Source: Bdellovibrionota bacterium (GTDB lineage Bacteria > Bdellovibrionota > UBA2394). From it: a DNA stretch of 47,201 bases. Both the position numbers and the translations under genes were made by a program. The DNA lies in contig JBMTHG010000002.1 of NCBI GenBank assembly GCA_049436045.1, positions 1-47,201 on the forward strand, in the 5' to 3' direction. Positions 20,222 through 28,733 of the stretch are shown in pieces; the stretch's first letter is position 1, and each line of letters opens with the position of its first letter. Below the pieces are notes generated by a model. The model did not search any database. It saw only the letters and a list, made by a program, of their open reading frames with translations, and had not been told where the DNA came from.

Positions 20222-22315
20222 CTACGATTTATCTCTGACGTCTCCCCGAGCAAAAATAGAAGCCACAAAGTTAAGCACATCGGTAGCGCTTTCGTCACTG
20301 TATCCGAAGTTCTTCACTAATCGTGATTTAACAACGTCTATTTTTTCTTGGGTCTCTTTATCTACGACATTTGAAACTAAGCTTGTGAGCTTGATCGAAT
20401 CTTTTTGATCTTCAAAGAGTTTCAATTCAAGCGCCTTATGAAGCCTCTCATTTGTTTTGTAGTTAAAAGTTTTTCCATCAACGGCGAGAGCTCCGATGTA
20501 GTTCATGATTTCTCGTCTGAAGTCATCTTTTCTTGAATCTGGAATATCTATTTTCTCTTCGATGCTTCTCATGAGCTTTTCGTCTGGCTCTTCATATTGA
20601 CCCGTGAATTTATTTTTCACTTTTTCTTTCTGAGTATAGGCCTTCACAGCATCAATATAATTGGCACAAAGTTTTGTGATCGAGTCTTCATCGGCCGAAA
20701 TCGCTCTTTGAACCTCGTTTTTTACAATATCTTCATATTCACTTCTCACGATGCCGAGCAATTCTCGATAGCGCTTTTTGATTTCTTCATTCGAAATTAG
20801 CGAGTGAGCTTTTAAGCCACCTTCGAGTTCATTGAGAACCATGAAAGGGTTAATCGACTGAGCTTCATTTGAAACTAAAGCGTTTGAAATCTTATCTTGA
20901 ATATATCGAGGTGAGATTCCTTCAAGCGCTTCTCTTTTAACCTCTTTTCGAAGCTCTTTGATGTTGTCTTCGGTGAATCCTGGAAGAGTTTTGCCATCAT
21001 AGAGTTTGAGTTTTTGAATCAAGCTTAGATTAGCTTTGCTTGGCTCCTCAAGACGGGTGAGTACGGCCCACATCGCTGCCATCTCTAAAGTGTGAGGAGC
21101 GATATGTTTTCCTTTTACACGAACTTCATTGTAATCTTTTTTGTAGATCTTGATCTCCTCATTCCACTTGGTGATGTAGGGGATATCAATCTTCACCGTT
21201 CGATCGCGAAGTGCTTCCATGAATTCATTGTTTTGCAGTTTTCGATATTCCGGCTCATTCGTATGGCCGATGATCACTTCATCAATGTCGGTTTGAGGAA
21301 ACTTCTTTGGCTTGATTTTGTGTTCTTGCGAAGCGCCTAACAGATCATACAAGAAGGCTACATCTAGCTTTAGAACTTCAATAAACTCAATCAATCCACG
21401 ATTGGCCACGTTGAATTCGCCATCAAAATTAAAGGCTCTCGGGTCAGAGTCACTTCCGAAAAGAGCGATTTTTCTGTAGTTTAAGTCGCCCGTGAGCTCT
21501 GTGGAGTCTTGATTCTTCTCATCTTTGGGTTGAAAAGTCGCAATTCCGCTTCGTTTCTTTTCAGAGAGCTCAAGACGACGAATTCTCACATTTTCTAAAA
21601 CTTTTCGATAATCGCCGCCGTAGTGCTCTAAAAGCACTTGATAAATGAATCGACAAAATGGATTAAGTTCTCCCTCAATTCGAATCTTGTCTTCAGCAGC
21701 TCGATCTTTATTGAGGGTGTTAAGAACCTCAGCACGAACTTCTGGTGGCAAAAGCTTTAAGGGCTCTTCGTTCATGGGGCTTTGTGCTTCTAAGACACCT
21801 TCACCAAAAATGGGTTTGCCCTCAAAATAAATGGGTTCTTTGAGAACCCAGCTGTAGGTGAAAAGTCGACCAGCTTGAGTTTTTGAATAATGCTCCATTC
21901 CCTTTTTCAAAAGTCTTACGATCGTCGATTTTGAGCTGCCGACTGGACCATGAAGCAAAATCACTCGTCGCTCGGGGCCGTATCCTTTTGCGGCCGCTTT
22001 TAAAACGCTCACGAGTTTCATCAACGGCAAATCAAGACCAAAGATGGCGTCTCTGCCGTGATCGATCGGATCATCAAAAAAATTATAATGAATAATAGGC
22101 TTCTTGGCGTCGATGTACTCGCGGGTTCCGTAAGACATAATCATGTCATAGAGACGTTGATGAGCATTGCGGGCGATGCCGGGCTCTTCTTCAATCAGCT
22201 TTAGATAATCCCAAAAACTTCCCGTCCAATTCATCTCACGATAGACATCGAGATGTTTGGGATCAGATAGAATTGATTCAATTCGGGATTGAAGACCAGA
22301 GTCGCCTCTTTGCAT
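20222..22315 (-). CDS. prkA: PrkA/YeaG family serine protein kinase (AAA+ N-terminal domain)
   Basis: Walker [13 protein letters not shown], at the typical ~650-700 aa length. The PrkA C-terminal region is conserved, and the gene has the expected synteny with yeaH and spoVR. Confidence 0.92.
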   Translation of the reverse strand: MQRGDSGLQSRIESILSDPKHLDVYREMNWTGSFWDYLKLIEEEPGIARNAHQRLYDMIMSYGTREYIDAKKPIIHYNFFDDPIDHGRDAIFGLDLPLMKLVSVLKAAAKGYGPERRVILLHGPVGSSKSTIVRLLKKGMEHYSKTQAGRLFTYSWVLKEPIYFEGKPIFGEGVLEAQSPMNEEPLKLLPPEVRAEVLNTLNKDRAAEDKIRIEGELNPFCRFIYQVLLEHYGGDYRKVLENVRIRRLELSEKKRSGIATFQPKDEKNQDSTELTGDLNYRKIALFGSDSDPRAFNFDGEFNVANRGLIEFIEVLKLDVAFLYDLLGASQEHKIKPKKFPQTDIDEVIIGHTNEPEYRKLQNNEFMEALRDRTVKIDIPYITKWNEEIKIYKKDYNEVRVKGKHIAPHTLEMAAMWAVLTRLEEPSKANLSLIQKLKLYDGKTLPGFTEDNIKELRKEVKREALEGISPRYIQDKISNALVSNEAQSINPFMVLNELEGGLKAHSLISNEEIKKRYRELLGIVRSEYEDIVKNEVQRAISADEDSITKLCANYIDAVKAYTQKEKVKNKFTGQYEEPDEKLMRSIEEKIDIPDSRKDDFRREIMNYIGALAVDGKTFNYKTNERLHKALELKLFEDQKDSIKLTSLVSNVVDKETQEKIDVVKSRLVKNFGYSDESATDVLNFVASIFARGDVRDKS

Positions 22316-22356
22316 GACGAAGTTCCTTCCTACTTTATAGAGTTCCGCTTCCTTAT

Positions 22357-22385
22357 ATTATCGCCTTTTTGTCTGTCTTCGTCAA
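22357..22385 (-). promoter_or_regulatory. Candidate sigma-70 promoter of the prkA-yeaH-spoVR operon
   Basis: On the minus strand: TTGACG (22385-22380), then exactly 17 nt, then GATAAT (22362-22357). An AGGAAGG SD lies just before the prkA ATG at 22315. Confidence 0.45.
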
Positions 22386-22506
22386 AAAAGCCCAAAGATC
22401 ACGATAGAATGCAATTGACACCAAGCTCCGGTCGCGACGAGAATCTAAGGATCGTTTAATTAGATTAATGCCTTAGAAAAAAAAGGCGCAAAAATTGGGA
22501 GGAATT

Positions 22507-22791
22507 ATGACTAAAGCTGAACTCGTTGCCCACCTTGCTAAGCAGCAACCTGAACTTTCAAAGAGAGCCATTGGAGAGCTTCTTGATGGAACTTTTGAAT
22601 ATTTAGCGAAGGGCATCAAAAAAGATCGCCGCTTTACTTATCCTGGATTTGGAACCTGGACGATGAAAACACGAAAAGCTCGTAAAGGTGTTAATCCTCA
22701 GACTGGTCAAAGAATTACGATCAAGGCTTCTAAGACCTGTACTTTCAAGCCCAGTATTGATTTCAAAAAAGCTTTAAATCGTTCGAAATAA
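22507..22791 (+). CDS. hup: HU/IHF family nucleoid-associated DNA-binding protein
   Basis: MTKAELVAHLA...GFGTWTMKTRKARKGVNPQTGQRITIKASKTCTFKPS is the HU fold signature. ATG 22507 is preceded by GGGAGG. The ORF-track start at 22495 is less likely. Confidence 0.9.
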   Translation: MTKAELVAHLAKQQPELSKRAIGELLDGTFEYLAKGIKKDRRFTYPGFGTWTMKTRKARKGVNPQTGQRITIKASKTCTFKPSIDFKKALNRSK

Positions 22792-22814
22792 GCTTTCTGT
22801 ATTCATTTCAAAAG

Positions 22815-22841
22815 CCCCCCTCCACGAGGGGGGTTTTTTTT
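22815..22841 (+). terminator. Rho-independent terminator of hup
   Basis: CCCCCCTC (22815-22822), CAC loop, GAGGGGGG (22826-22833), then a run of T. Confidence 0.8.
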
Positions 22842-22880
22842 GCTCGAAAAATCGAAAAGCTTTGAATAGGCTTTGCCGCG

Positions 22881-23588
22881 ATGCTTCAAGTTTTCTGCGA
22901 TTTTGATGGAACTATTTCTGAAGAAGATAGCTTAAAGCTTTTGTTCCATCATTTTTTGCCCGATCAGTGGCCGGCCTTGCAGGCCCAAATGTACTCCAAA
23001 AAAATTTCAGAGAAAGAGGCTCTTTCTTTAGCTTTAGAACTAATGCCGGTTTCGCCAAAAGAGGCTCGTGATTGGATCTTAGATCGAGTGAAGTTGGATC
23101 CGAGTTTTTTTGAGTTTGCGAATTGGTGTCGAAAGCAGGGTTTCGATCTTCAAATTTTGAGTGGGGGCTTTGATATTTTCATTCATGCTTTGTTTGAAAG
23201 AGACATGATCTTTCACCAGAAAGTGACTTCAAATCAGTTAAGAGATGCCCATTCTTGGAACCTACGAAAATCTTCGGATTCTCGTGACATTTGCGAAGAC
23301 TTTACTCATTGCAAGTGTGCCAGCATGAAGCAACTCACTCGACCAGATGCAAGCTTGGTTTATATCGGAGACGGCTGGACGGATTTTTGCCCGGCCAAAA
23401 AGATGGAATATGTCTTTGCCAAAAAAGATCTGAAAGATTTCATGAAGAGATCAGATAAAAAATTTTTTGAGTTCTCAAACTTTTTTGACATTCAAAAAAC
23501 TTTGGAGGCTCTTCTCACTAAAAATCAAATCGGTAGCCTAGGCTTAAGCGATGAATCTTCGATTTTGATTGAGCCTCTTGAAGCTTGA
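22881..23588 (+). CDS. HAD-IB family phosphatase, MtnX-like
   Basis: CDFDGTIS nucleophile motif, FLPDQWPAL, ILSGGFDIFI and YIGDGWTDFCPA. The architecture and length (235 aa) match my recollection of Bacillus MtnX. No other methionine-salvage genes are nearby. Confidence 0.7.
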   Translation: MLQVFCDFDGTISEEDSLKLLFHHFLPDQWPALQAQMYSKKISEKEALSLALELMPVSPKEARDWILDRVKLDPSFFEFANWCRKQGFDLQILSGGFDIFIHALFERDMIFHQKVTSNQLRDAHSWNLRKSSDSRDICEDFTHCKCASMKQLTRPDASLVYIGDGWTDFCPAKKMEYVFAKKDLKDFMKRSDKKFFEFSNFFDIQKTLEALLTKNQIGSLGLSDESSILIEPLEA

Positions 23589-24945
23589 ATCCTGCGCGAT
23601 TGCCCTCGCCACTAAAGCTTTTTGATAGGTCTTCAAATCGGTAGCCGAGAATAATCTCCTGATCTTTTAAGCCGAGGCTTTTTAAATCCCAGGCCAGACT
23701 TCCACCATACTGAAGAAGCATTTTTTGAGAATTGGGAGTTCCGGTTTGAATGATACCCTGTTCCGTTGATTGAAGTGGACCTTCACTAAATTGATAAAAC
23801 AATAGAAGACCCAAATATCCCTGAAGGCTTAAGAAATAGGGGGATTGCAGTTTCGGACGAAAGGCAATCTCGCCGTAATAGCCAATATTGCTGAACAAAA
23901 TTGGCTGAGCGAGATTTTTATCTCTGAGCTGATTCACGCTAAAAAGATGCCACTGAAATCGAGCCGCTAGTTCAGGCTGAAGAAGCCACTTTTTGATTTG
24001 AAAATCGCGTGAAGCAAAAATTTCGACAGACAAGCGGTGCCATTGGGCTAAAGCATCAGCCGCCTCAATTTGGGCATTATTTCTTTTCACATCAGCTTGA
24101 AGAGCGCTGACCTCATATTGAGCACGCGCCCCCGCATCGACAGAGCCAAACCATCTCCGAAAAATCGAAAACCCAAACTGAAGGTCGATTCCTTCTAAAC
24201 TATAATCGATCAATGGAATGTTGGGGTAAGCCCCACCAACCAAAGTAAAAACTCGCTCTTGATATTGTTGCCAGCCCAGATCAAATTCTAGGGAATACTT
24301 CCACTCCTCAGGTGACTTTGTTTTTTCTGTCACAGACTCGGTGGGAGTGGTTATGAGTTCAAGGCTATCTACTTTTTTTAAAGTGGCGGGAATCTCAATT
24401 CGCTGCTGACTTTTTTGGTCTTCGAGCTCTAAGGCTTCGGTTTGAACAGCTTCTCGTTCGAGCGAAGGGGTATAAGACTGTTCGGTCGATCGCGAAACCT
24501 CTGTTTGTGAGCTAAGATCGCCTAAATACTCTTTTCTGATAAAGCCTTTAATAGGGTATTGATTCTCAAGAAAATACTCGACTTGAAAAAATTCTGCTTC
24601 CTCTCCAAGCACTTTTAGTTTGTCGGCTTGTCGAACCAGCAAGAGCACGCGAGCCTCATTACTGGGTTGGGCTAAAATCTGAGCGACCCGACTTTTGATC
24701 TGAGTTTCAAAGGGAAAGCTTAAGATTGGGGCGCTCTCTTGAGATTCCATTTTTGTTTCAGCAGCCTCAGTTTGAACAGCAGCCGACTCTTCAGAGGGCG
24801 ACGGTTCCTCTTTAGAAGATGGTTCCTCTACGGAAGATGGCTCCTCCACGACGAAAACAGTTTCGGCGAAACTTAAACTAGAAGCGATAATCAAAGCGAA
24901 GCAACAGTGAATGTATAAAAATAGTTTTTTCAAGAGATGCATCAT
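23518..24945 (-). CDS. Secreted composite protein (called OMP-1 here): acidic Pro/Ser/Glu repeat, SH3-like domain, C-terminal outer-membrane beta-barrel
   Basis: Signal peptide LLKKLFLYIHCCFALIIASSLSFA/ETV. A tandem VEEPSS/VEEPSS/KEEPSPSEES repeat follows. The SH3b-like stretch is RVAQILAQPSNEARVLLLVRQADKLKVLGEEAEFFQVEY...KGFIRKEYL. The last ~260 aa are strand-rich and end in LSLGYRFDF (terminal Phe). The start is ATG 24945 or 24942; the ORF track gives GTG 24951. Confidence 0.6.
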   Translation of the reverse strand: MMHLLKKLFLYIHCCFALIIASSLSFAETVFVVEEPSSVEEPSSKEEPSPSEESAAVQTEAAETKMESQESAPILSFPFETQIKSRVAQILAQPSNEARVLLLVRQADKLKVLGEEAEFFQVEYFLENQYPIKGFIRKEYLGDLSSQTEVSRSTEQSYTPSLEREAVQTEALELEDQKSQQRIEIPATLKKVDSLELITTPTESVTEKTKSPEEWKYSLEFDLGWQQYQERVFTLVGGAYPNIPLIDYSLEGIDLQFGFSIFRRWFGSVDAGARAQYEVSALQADVKRNNAQIEAADALAQWHRLSVEIFASRDFQIKKWLLQPELAARFQWHLFSVNQLRDKNLAQPILFSNIGYYGEIAFRPKLQSPYFLSLQGYLGLLLFYQFSEGPLQSTEQGIIQTGTPNSQKMLLQYGGSLAWDLKSLGLKDQEIILGYRFEDLSKSFSGEGNRAGFKLQEAQSKSKIHRLSLGYRFDF

Positions 24946-26509
24946 CCTCACTCATGAAATCATAGCCAATTTGGCCCGAGATATTCGAGCGAAAACGATA
25001 AGAAAGGCTTAAATTTGCATAAAAATCTAAAGACTTTACCCGAATGGGATCTTGCGAGGAGATAGAGCGTGCGATTTCACGCTGACTTCTAAAGAATTGA
25101 AAGTTGCCCTCGATGAAGTATTTCTCATTGGGAATCCAAGAAATATTCTGATTCAGGCTATAGAAGCTGGATTGAAATCTCTTTTGATAAGAGAGGCTAG
25201 TGTCGGTGTCGATATTTTTTGGCCAATTGAGCCGAAGGCCAAGATCACCTCCATAGGCGTTTTTCTTGTTGATGAGCCCAAGATTTTCCTCTTCGGGCTC
25301 TGAGGGATCTGACTCGGGTGTTGGATTTAAAAAGATTTTATCAGAGTCAAAAGTTCGTCTTTCATAGCGCCCAGCAATATAAGGCTGAGCGAAGCGATTG
25401 ATTCGATACGAAACTTTTGTATCTACTCGGTAGCGATGAGATTGATCCAGGCGATCTCCCACTCGCTCTCTTTGAAGGCTTCCATCGTCTGTGAGGTATT
25501 GAACAGAAGAGGCTAAGAGATAGCGATCGATGCGAAATTGAGAAAGACCAAAATTTAATATCCAATTTTTGCTGGGGCGATAAAAAGCTCGCAAGCTAAG
25601 GTGGCTGCTGGATAAAGATTTATCTTTTATCGTGGGCAATTCAAGATGTGAATAATGAAAGAGACTCAGTTCAGGAATCGGAGTGAAATGGCTTCGACTA
25701 AAAAGACTAAATCGATTTAATCCGCCCTTAAAAGTTTCGACATAAAGATTTGAATCAAACAAAAATTTCACCTTTGAATCTTCAGCGAAGTCGGGAATGA
25801 AGTGAAAGGGAATGCCAAACGCAATTCTTTCATGGCTCAGATGTTTTGTGCGCGGATCAGGAGCCAAGCCAGCATAAACTCCTAAGGTCTTCGATTTTTT
25901 CTCATTCCAAGCCCAGTCTGTTCTTAAGCCATCGATGATAATGCCGCCCTCTAAAGATTGTCTTCCCAGCCTGGCCTGAAATAGCTGATTTCCCAATCGG
26001 AAGTCTTTCTCAGCGTAGAGATCGTTGAGATGAAGTCGATATTTTTTGCTTCCATAAAGAGTTCTAGAGTTCAGCAAATGAAATCTAAAATCGCCATCGA
26101 TGAAGGCTCGAAAGTAAGAGGATTTAAACTCTGCTTTTAAGCCAAGGCTTTGAAGAAGAGTGTTTCCGCTTTTAGTATCTTTTGCAGAAACTCCCTCGCC
26201 ATCAGAGCTAATGATTCGCTCAGCGATGATCTCATCGCCTTGAATGATTCTCTCAACACAGCACTGACCATCGGAGCAAGAGACATCATCTCTTTCTTTG
26301 CCATAAGCCACAAAGAGAGGTTCAAGATCGGCGATGTTCTCGGCGTCGCAGTTATCTGTGTCATAAACCTCAAGCACACTCACGCTTGCGAAATTGTCAG
26401 TGAGAAATAGCATCCAAGCGTCAGCATTTCCCTTCAAAGAATTTTCAGCCTGAAGAGGTCTGCTGAAAAGTAATCCGAAAGCGATGATCAAAAAATAAAA
26501 AAACCTCAT
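24878..26509 (-). CDS. Large predicted outer-membrane beta-barrel protein (called OMP-2 here), candidate porin partner of the multiheme cytochrome
   Basis: Signal peptide MRFFYFLIIAFGLLFSRPLQA/ENS, using ATG 26509, which overlaps the cytochrome TGA as ATGA. An N-terminal segment carries 4 Cys (CDAEN...CSDGQCC). About 430 aa of alternating amphipathic strands follow (e.g. LSLRAFYRPSKNWILNFGLSQF, YRVDTKVSYRINRF, FYANLSLSYRFRSNISGQIGYDF), ending in LLLRFDYRF. Confidence 0.65.
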   Translation of the reverse strand: MRFFYFLIIAFGLLFSRPLQAENSLKGNADAWMLFLTDNFASVSVLEVYDTDNCDAENIADLEPLFVAYGKERDDVSCSDGQCCVERIIQGDEIIAERIISSDGEGVSAKDTKSGNTLLQSLGLKAEFKSSYFRAFIDGDFRFHLLNSRTLYGSKKYRLHLNDLYAEKDFRLGNQLFQARLGRQSLEGGIIIDGLRTDWAWNEKKSKTLGVYAGLAPDPRTKHLSHERIAFGIPFHFIPDFAEDSKVKFLFDSNLYVETFKGGLNRFSLFSRSHFTPIPELSLFHYSHLELPTIKDKSLSSSHLSLRAFYRPSKNWILNFGLSQFRIDRYLLASSVQYLTDDGSLQRERVGDRLDQSHRYRVDTKVSYRINRFAQPYIAGRYERRTFDSDKIFLNPTPESDPSEPEEENLGLINKKNAYGGDLGLRLNWPKNIDTDTSLSYQKRFQSSFYSLNQNISWIPNEKYFIEGNFQFFRSQREIARSISSQDPIRVKSLDFYANLSLSYRFRSNISGQIGYDFMSEDDASLEKTIFIHSLLLRFDYRF

Positions 26510-28674
26510 GGGAGAGCACTCCCTCGCCGGATATTCCAATCAATCGGAACATGACAGTTTTCACAGTTGGCCACATTTCGGCCCGAAGCATTGCTGTGCT
26601 GAGGAATATGGGGAACAAATGAATCGGAGTGACAAAAGAAGCAATCACTTGGAAGACCTTGGTAGATATTGTTCACATGACAAGAAGAGCACTCTAGATA
26701 GCGATGAATTCCAGTGAGTCGAAAGCCCGTGGTGTTATGCTGAAAGTGAGTGGGGAGCCAAGATGTTTGATAATGGCAATCGCCGCAGGTGTTGCCCATC
26801 TGCCCCAGATGGATATCATCTTTCTCATGGCACCAGGCACAGAACTCTCCAGTGCCTTGAAGATTGTTGTTCGTCGCATGACAGTCACTACATTCGAGTT
26901 GGTCGTGAAAACCTTCTAATTTAAAAAAGCCAAGATCATGCACCTTCTCTGCGTACTCAAGCTCAAAGCTATTCGTGCTATGACAGCTTTCACAATTGCT
27001 TCCCATTTCACCCTGATGAACATCATAGTGGCAATTCACACACTCGGTGGCGAGTTTTGCGCCAGCAATAAGCTTCACTTGATAGTCGCCCAACAGATGA
27101 TTTTCGTGACACTTTTGGCATGATAGCTCTGTATGTCTTCCCGTGAGTTTCCATCTTCCGATTTCTTCGTGCTTAAAAGACTTTACTTGCTTGAAGCCTT
27201 CGGTCACGTGACAGCTTGAACATTCATTTGACATGGCAGAGCCATGAGGATCGGCATGACAGGATTGGCAATTTGGATTGTCATTATTAGCCGGCATGTT
27301 TTTAAAAACCTGATCCACATGACAAGATAAACAAGCCACTTCGCGATGCTCTCCCGTGAGCGCGAAGTCTGTATTTTTATTATGATCAAATTGAATCCAA
27401 GAAAAGCTAGTCGTCACATGACAAAAAGAGCAGCTTTGATCAATCTCACGCTCGGGGTGAACATTTCGATGACAATCAGAACATTCATCAAACTTGAGAT
27501 TGGTGTAGCTTCCGGTGAAGTGACACTGTTGACAGTCAATCACCATATGTTTTCCATCAAGCGGAAACTCAGTCTTGGCGTGGCGCTCTAGATCAAAAGA
27601 AGAATCATAAAATTTTCGAGTGGGGGAGTGACAGCTTTCGCAGCTTTGATCTGCGAATTGACCGTTGTGATAATCGCCGTGACAATCTGAGCACTGATCA
27701 AATTGATCTGCAGGAACTTTGAAACTTTTTTTGTCTTGATAATGGCAACTCTCGCACTCAACGGCTTCATGATATCCCTCTAATGGAAACTTAGTTTTGC
27801 TATGATCAAATCCATTGGCTGCGATTTGGCCCTCTAGCAAGAGATGATCCCACTTTCGATAAACGCTGTGGCAGTTTGTGCACTCATTTCCAAAGGAGCC
27901 TTTGTGAGGGTCAGAATGGCAATCGGTGCACTGATCAAACTCAAGTGGAGCGAAAGTGGTGACTCGCTTCGTTTTTGGATCGGGTTCATGACATTCGGAG
28001 CATTCTACTTTTTTGTGCAAGCCTTCAAGTTTATAGCGAGTGGTGTCGTGATTGAATGGCATTTTCTTTCTGAGGCGCTTCCAATTCTCAATTCCTGTTG
28101 AATGACACTGCGTACACTCCAAAAGCTTTTTGTCTTTGAATTCGTGTTGGTAGTCATCTTGATGACATTCATAGCAAGTGGTGGGCGCGTTGAGATACGA
28201 GCGGGTTTCTGTTTTTGCTTTCGTCTTGTAATGCTCACGATAAGTCGTGTGGCAGTCATAACATTCCGTTTTGGCGTGTTGGCCGCGAAGAGGGTAGCCT
28301 GTATCCTTTTCGTGATTAAATTCATCGAGCCAGTTTTCTGGCGCAAAAATATCAAAGTCTAAACCTTCATGCTCCATATGACATGAGGAGCATTCGGTCT
28401 TGCCGGCGTGGTAACCCCAATTTTTTTCAATTCGAACTTTTATGTCGAGGTGACAATCCATACATTTTGCATTGTCGAGGTCTCCGCCCAAGGTATTGAT
28501 GTGACAGTTTGAGCAACCTTTTAGTGTGTCATACTCGGCATGACTTTTTGAAAGAGGGCCGGGAGATTGAGTGATCAGTTTTTTTAAGAATTCCTGAGCC
28601 TCCAACTGAACGGGCAGTTGAATAAAGATCAGCGCAAAAACAATCTGAAAAAACCCTCTCATCCCCAAGTCCAT
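26506..28674 (-). CDS. Secreted multiheme c-type cytochrome with 27 CXXCH motifs (nine triheme c7/c3-like modules)
   Basis: I counted 27 CXXCH motifs in the 722-aa translation, and every Cys I can see lies in one. The signal peptide is MRGFFQIVFALIFIQLPVQLEA/QEF. The recurring module is F-x-H-x5-7-L-x-G-x-H-x3-5-CxxCH ... CxDCH-x-D-x-H-x-G-x4-6-CxxCH. The start is ATG 28674 or ATG 28662. Confidence 0.9.
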   Translation of the reverse strand: MDLGMRGFFQIVFALIFIQLPVQLEAQEFLKKLITQSPGPLSKSHAEYDTLKGCSNCHINTLGGDLDNAKCMDCHLDIKVRIEKNWGYHAGKTECSSCHMEHEGLDFDIFAPENWLDEFNHEKDTGYPLRGQHAKTECYDCHTTYREHYKTKAKTETRSYLNAPTTCYECHQDDYQHEFKDKKLLECTQCHSTGIENWKRLRKKMPFNHDTTRYKLEGLHKKVECSECHEPDPKTKRVTTFAPLEFDQCTDCHSDPHKGSFGNECTNCHSVYRKWDHLLLEGQIAANGFDHSKTKFPLEGYHEAVECESCHYQDKKSFKVPADQFDQCSDCHGDYHNGQFADQSCESCHSPTRKFYDSSFDLERHAKTEFPLDGKHMVIDCQQCHFTGSYTNLKFDECSDCHRNVHPEREIDQSCSFCHVTTSFSWIQFDHNKNTDFALTGEHREVACLSCHVDQVFKNMPANNDNPNCQSCHADPHGSAMSNECSSCHVTEGFKQVKSFKHEEIGRWKLTGRHTELSCQKCHENHLLGDYQVKLIAGAKLATECVNCHYDVHQGEMGSNCESCHSTNSFELEYAEKVHDLGFFKLEGFHDQLECSDCHATNNNLQGTGEFCAWCHEKDDIHLGQMGNTCGDCHYQTSWLPTHFQHNTTGFRLTGIHRYLECSSCHVNNIYQGLPSDCFFCHSDSFVPHIPQHSNASGRNVANCENCHVPIDWNIRRGSALP

Positions 28675-28733
28675 ATTTTACGAGAATTGGGGCCGAATCA
28701 CATTAAAAATATTGAATTAAATCAATGTCTTGA

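Noticed and set aside
22410-22423. Sigma-54-like TGGTGT...TTGCA on the minus strand upstream of prkA.
   Set aside because: GG and GC are separated by 8 nt instead of the invariant 10. A well-spaced sigma-70 TTGACG-17-GATAAT promoter lies downstream of it.
26508-28362. Many 60-116-aa ORFs on both strands inside the cytochrome gene.
   Set aside because: The 27 evenly distributed CXXCH motifs unambiguously identify the 722-aa minus-strand frame as the real one.
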